Positions 62,739 to 64,000 of a stretch of 64,000 nucleotides of DNA are shown here, in pieces. The number at the start of each line of letters is the position of its first letter. Position 1 is the stretch's first letter. Source of the stretch: Bacteroidales bacterium (GTDB taxonomy: Bacteria; Bacteroidota; Bacteroidia; Bacteroidales; WCHB1-69); assembly GCA_017962845.1 (NCBI GenBank), contig JAGCUN010000024.1, positions 23,298 to 87,297 of the forward strand, given 5' to 3'. A program made the translations under genes and the position numbers. The notes beneath the pieces are model-generated. The model saw nothing but the letters and a program-made list of their open reading frames with translations, searched no databases and had not been told where the DNA came from.

Positions 62739-64000
62739 TTAAAATTCTTTCGTATAATCACTATCATCCATTGCTTTAATGCTCCTATCCTTGAGTGTTC
62801 TATTTGTCAGTTCTTTTTCTAGTTTCTCCTGGATTTTATTGTAATTATCAAAATCTTTCAACACTGGCATAGCAATTTGTTTCAACTGATCGACAAAGCG
62901 TTTATCCTGAGCGTTATTCAACATCAACAGCATGAGCTTGTTCGCAAAAGCAAAACGCAACATACGATTGGATATACAATCAATTGAGTCTGCGATATAC
63001 TGAATGTTTGCTTTGGGGTTTAGATCCACAATGATAAAAGTCATTATGAAAATCCTAAACTGGTTGCCCAGCGGCTTTTTTCGCAACTCTCTCAACTTAC
63101 CCTCAAAGACCCTAACAAGATTCTGCTGCGATATAGCATCGTAGAAATAGGTTTGTACAATGATAGGCATAATATTGTTTACCATCTGAACATACCTTTT
63201 ATAGTCTTCGTCACTGAGATCGTAATTTTTTACATCTTCTGGAAGCATAAATCCCATGTTACAAACTCCAGTTAAAACAAAATCAAGAATAGAGTCAGAT
63301 AGTTCTATATTGTCACACACATTGCTATTCCTATACATTCTTGACAAAATAAACAACGCCTTTTCAATATTCGATAGAGTGGGCTGAATATCTTTGAAAA
63401 TAGTTTTGACCGTCACTTTCGACTCATTGAATGGTATGTTTAGGAGTGGCAGCAAATCATCGGCATCATCTTTTGTCATTTCAGGAATCTTGCTGATAAT
63501 TTTCGAAGGCAAAGTTGCATCCTGAACAAGCACCATTTCCTGTGCCAGCCTTTCGTCTATTTTATTGTATTCTTCCTTATCAGATAGTGGTTTTACAATC
63601 TTTTGAATTTTATGGAAAACACTCTCTACAGCCTCATGGTCTTCCTTTTGAAATCCAGAATACAACTCCAGTTCAGTTCCAAATGAAAAGAAGGTACAGT
63701 CGTCACCGAGTATTTCGTTTTTCAATGTTGCATTTTCCTTCATCCGTAAAGCGATGAAATACTCAAAAACTCCATTTAAGCGAAAAGTATATTGTGATTC
63801 GCCATCATTCAGCGGTTTTTCCTCAACAAGAATTCCTTTTTCGAGCAATAAATCAATGATAATTCTTGTTTGCTCGGTGAATTTTTTATGTTCTCTAATG
63901 TATTCGTCTGTAAAATCTACTAGAGCAGCATATTTTACTCTATGATTACTCTGTTTGAGTAGAAACTCAGCCAATGAGGCCAAAAACGAACGCAAATCCT
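62739..64000 (-). CDS. 3' part (418 or more codons) of a large AT-rich gene. Helical C-terminal region, possibly of a STAND/NACHT-like NTPase. The 5' end is outside the window.
   Basis: The ORF is open to the window edge. YTFRLNGVFEYFIALRM resembles the winged-helix segment that follows NACHT/AAA modules. The rest is a long helical repeat-like region. No catalytic motif is visible in the window. Confidence 0.45.
   Translation of the reverse strand, partial: DLRSFLASLAEFLLKQSNHRVKYAALVDFTDEYIREHKKFTEQTRIIIDLLLEKGILVEEKPLNDGESQYTFRLNGVFEYFIALRMKENATLKNEILGDDCTFFSFGTELELYSGFQKEDHEAVESVFHKIQKIVKPLSDKEEYNKIDERLAQEMVLVQDATLPSKIISKIPEMTKDDADDLLPLLNIPFNESKVTVKTIFKDIQPTLSNIEKALFILSRMYRNSNVCDNIELSDSILDFVLTGVCNMGFMLPEDVKNYDLSDEDYKRYVQMVNNIMPIIVQTYFYDAISQQNLVRVFEGKLRELRKKPLGNQFRIFIMTFIIVDLNPKANIQYIADSIDCISNRMLRFAFANKLMLLMLNNAQDKRFVDQLKQIAMPVLKDFDNYNKIQEKLEKELTNRTLKDRSIKAMDDSDYTKEF

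Overview
This is a Bacteroidota (Bacteroidales-like) chromosomal segment. I infer that from three things: recurrent TAnnTTTG -7 promoter boxes, a type IX secretion (T9SS) gene set, and T9SS C-terminal sorting domains on several large ORFs.

**Left ~45 kb.** Housekeeping genes (nadD, gmk, tRNA-Pro/Phe/Asn, M16 peptidase, rbfA, lolE/ftsX-like permease, ftsE, gyrB, recQ, hldD, ispF, a manA-type isomerase, tsaE) are interleaved with T9SS machinery: a gldJ-like lipoprotein, PorP/SprF, porU, porV and a PorZ-like propeller protein. Five large T9SS cargo genes also sit here. Three of them (1095, 501 and 1566 aa) form one modular paralogous family.

**Right ~19 kb.** This part is visibly AT-richer and is a two-arm convergent glycan-biosynthesis region. 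It carries YfhO, GT2, a GT11 fucosyltransferase, gmd, fcl and a ColD-like His-for-Lys PMP dehydratase. Facing these are an acyltransferase, a GT2, an orphan sialyltransferase-like gene, and a five-gene NeuB/HAD/cytidylyltransferase/oxidoreductase ulosonic-acid cassette.

**Small accessory insertions:**
- a split HipB-HipS-HipT-like toxin-antitoxin with an operator array;
- a class II Fic gene bracketed by arrays of GARAAYT heptamers;
- an AT-rich pair of DUF3791-like genes wedged between two cargo paralogues;
- the 3' part of a large helical (STAND-like?) gene at the right edge.

I saw no rRNA, CRISPR, transposase or integrase.

I cannot point to one unmistakably new system. The best leads are:
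- the uncharacterised cargo family;
- the ColD-like and ulosonic-acid glycan arms;
- the heptamer arrays;
- the Rossmann-less AlaDH-like protein;
- the truncated KDO8P/DAHP-synthase-like leader ORF.

All family assignments come from motif recognition by eye and need HMM or BLAST confirmation.
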